From Tubulanus polymorphus (Eukaryota; Animalia; Nemertea), in contig NC_134028.1 of assembly GCF_964204645.1 (NCBI RefSeq), positions 6,324,001 to 6,388,000 on the forward strand: a DNA stretch of 64,000 nt. Direction: 5' to 3'. Shown one piece after another: positions 62,991-64,000 of the stretch. Position 1 is the stretch's first letter. The number at the start of each line of letters is the position of its first letter. Position numbers and translations under genes: made by a program. The notes under the pieces were generated by a model. It did no database searches. It had not been told where the DNA came from and saw only the letters and a program-made list of their open reading frames with translations.

Positions 62991-64000
62991 CTGAAATAAG
63001 AGGAATGCGTTTTGAAAAAATGAAGTTAAAATGTGTTTCCTTGCTAGAACATTTTTTTCAATGTATCTTTATGTTTTTATAAATGCACGAATGAGTATAA
63101 ATGAATGTGTGGTTTTTGCGCGTAAGCAAGTGCACTGATTCTACTTTCTTCAAATATAGTGGCTGACAAATCAATCATAAATACTTGAAACATTGTACAT
63201 TTTTTATCGTATAGAACGAATGAAAACAATGATAAGATGTATACATAGATAAACCACACACTTCGAGTAGAATTCATTTGCCTCGAACTAAACGCATTTA
63301 CCTTGGACTAAATAAGGACTTTAGATATCGTTTAAGACATTTAAGTAAATTGAAAGGTTGAGAAACTTTATTGTTTAGAGATAAGCATGACCGTAAATTA
63401 AGAACTGAAGGGATCAAGGAAATCAACCCAATTACGTCATCACAAGTTGTCTGGTCAAGTCGGTACTTAAAATCAATACTCAATTTGTAGACGTCAAAAA
63501 AGTTCTATATACTTGTATTAAAAGCCAAGCGGCGCTATTTCGTTGAAGTTGAATCAATCTCAATAGTTCATAATAGTGCACATATAGTGACTGTCTTTAG
63601 AGACGCGGTAAGTGTAGTCGGGTCGAAACAGTCCACGACGTTCTAATCTCTAAAAATGTAGTTATTCGATTATGGGCCAAGATTGGCGTCGACAGAAAAC
63701 CATGACTTTCATTTCCTGCTTTTCAGATGCTAAACAGTAAATTCAGTTAAATACTAGATAAACCCCCATCTAATATCCTTTCCACCCGATGTGATATGAT
63801 TTTTGAAAAGTACTAATACTGACTGTTCTGAATGTTCAATGACAATCTTCAGTCAGCGTTAACTGAGTATAAACGAATGAAATACTATCAATATCATGAG
63901 CAAAAATTGATAATAGTATAAATACGTTCACCGATAAGGACCATCCTTTCCGCTAAGCCCGACGAGTTTCGGTGTGGCCACGACGCTGACAAAAAACCGG

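Noticed and set aside
63588-63640. Possible further hammerhead remnant (GGGTCGAAACAGTC)
   Set aside because: No CTGANGA core or complete stem II.
63933-63985. Exon-like segment on the minus strand upstream of BBOX copy C
   Set aside because: No frame resembles the expected HxD-containing exon 4.

Overview
AT-rich, intron-rich metazoan genomic DNA (GT-AG introns; gene content resembles a marine invertebrate, but the species cannot be established from sequence alone). Gene order: eIF3d (5' part, -) head-to-head with a SAP + three matrin-type Zn-finger protein (+); MRPL12 (-); an intronless rhodopsin-like GPCR (-); two small orphan spliced genes missed by the ORF track (a 66-aa basic microprotein and a 146-aa secreted Pro-rich protein); a tandem pair of aerolysin/ETX-MTX2-like beta-pore-forming proteins with a doubled 8-Cys N-terminal module that I do not recognise; an SLC46/PCFT-like MFS transporter (-); SMSr/SAMD8 (-) head-to-head with a SAP-acidic-RRM-RGG protein (+); and three tandem gamma-butyrobetaine dioxygenase (BBOX1)-like genes (-), the middle one frameshifted. 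Introns carry many MITEs and several Penelope-type hammerhead-ribozyme remnants. The most interesting system is the duplicated toxin-like locus: copy 2 has a TGT>TGA stop in its signal peptide directly followed by ATG and parallel substitutions in both Cys modules, and the duplication also copied the intact last exon of the convergent SLC46 gene. All exon models were derived by hand.
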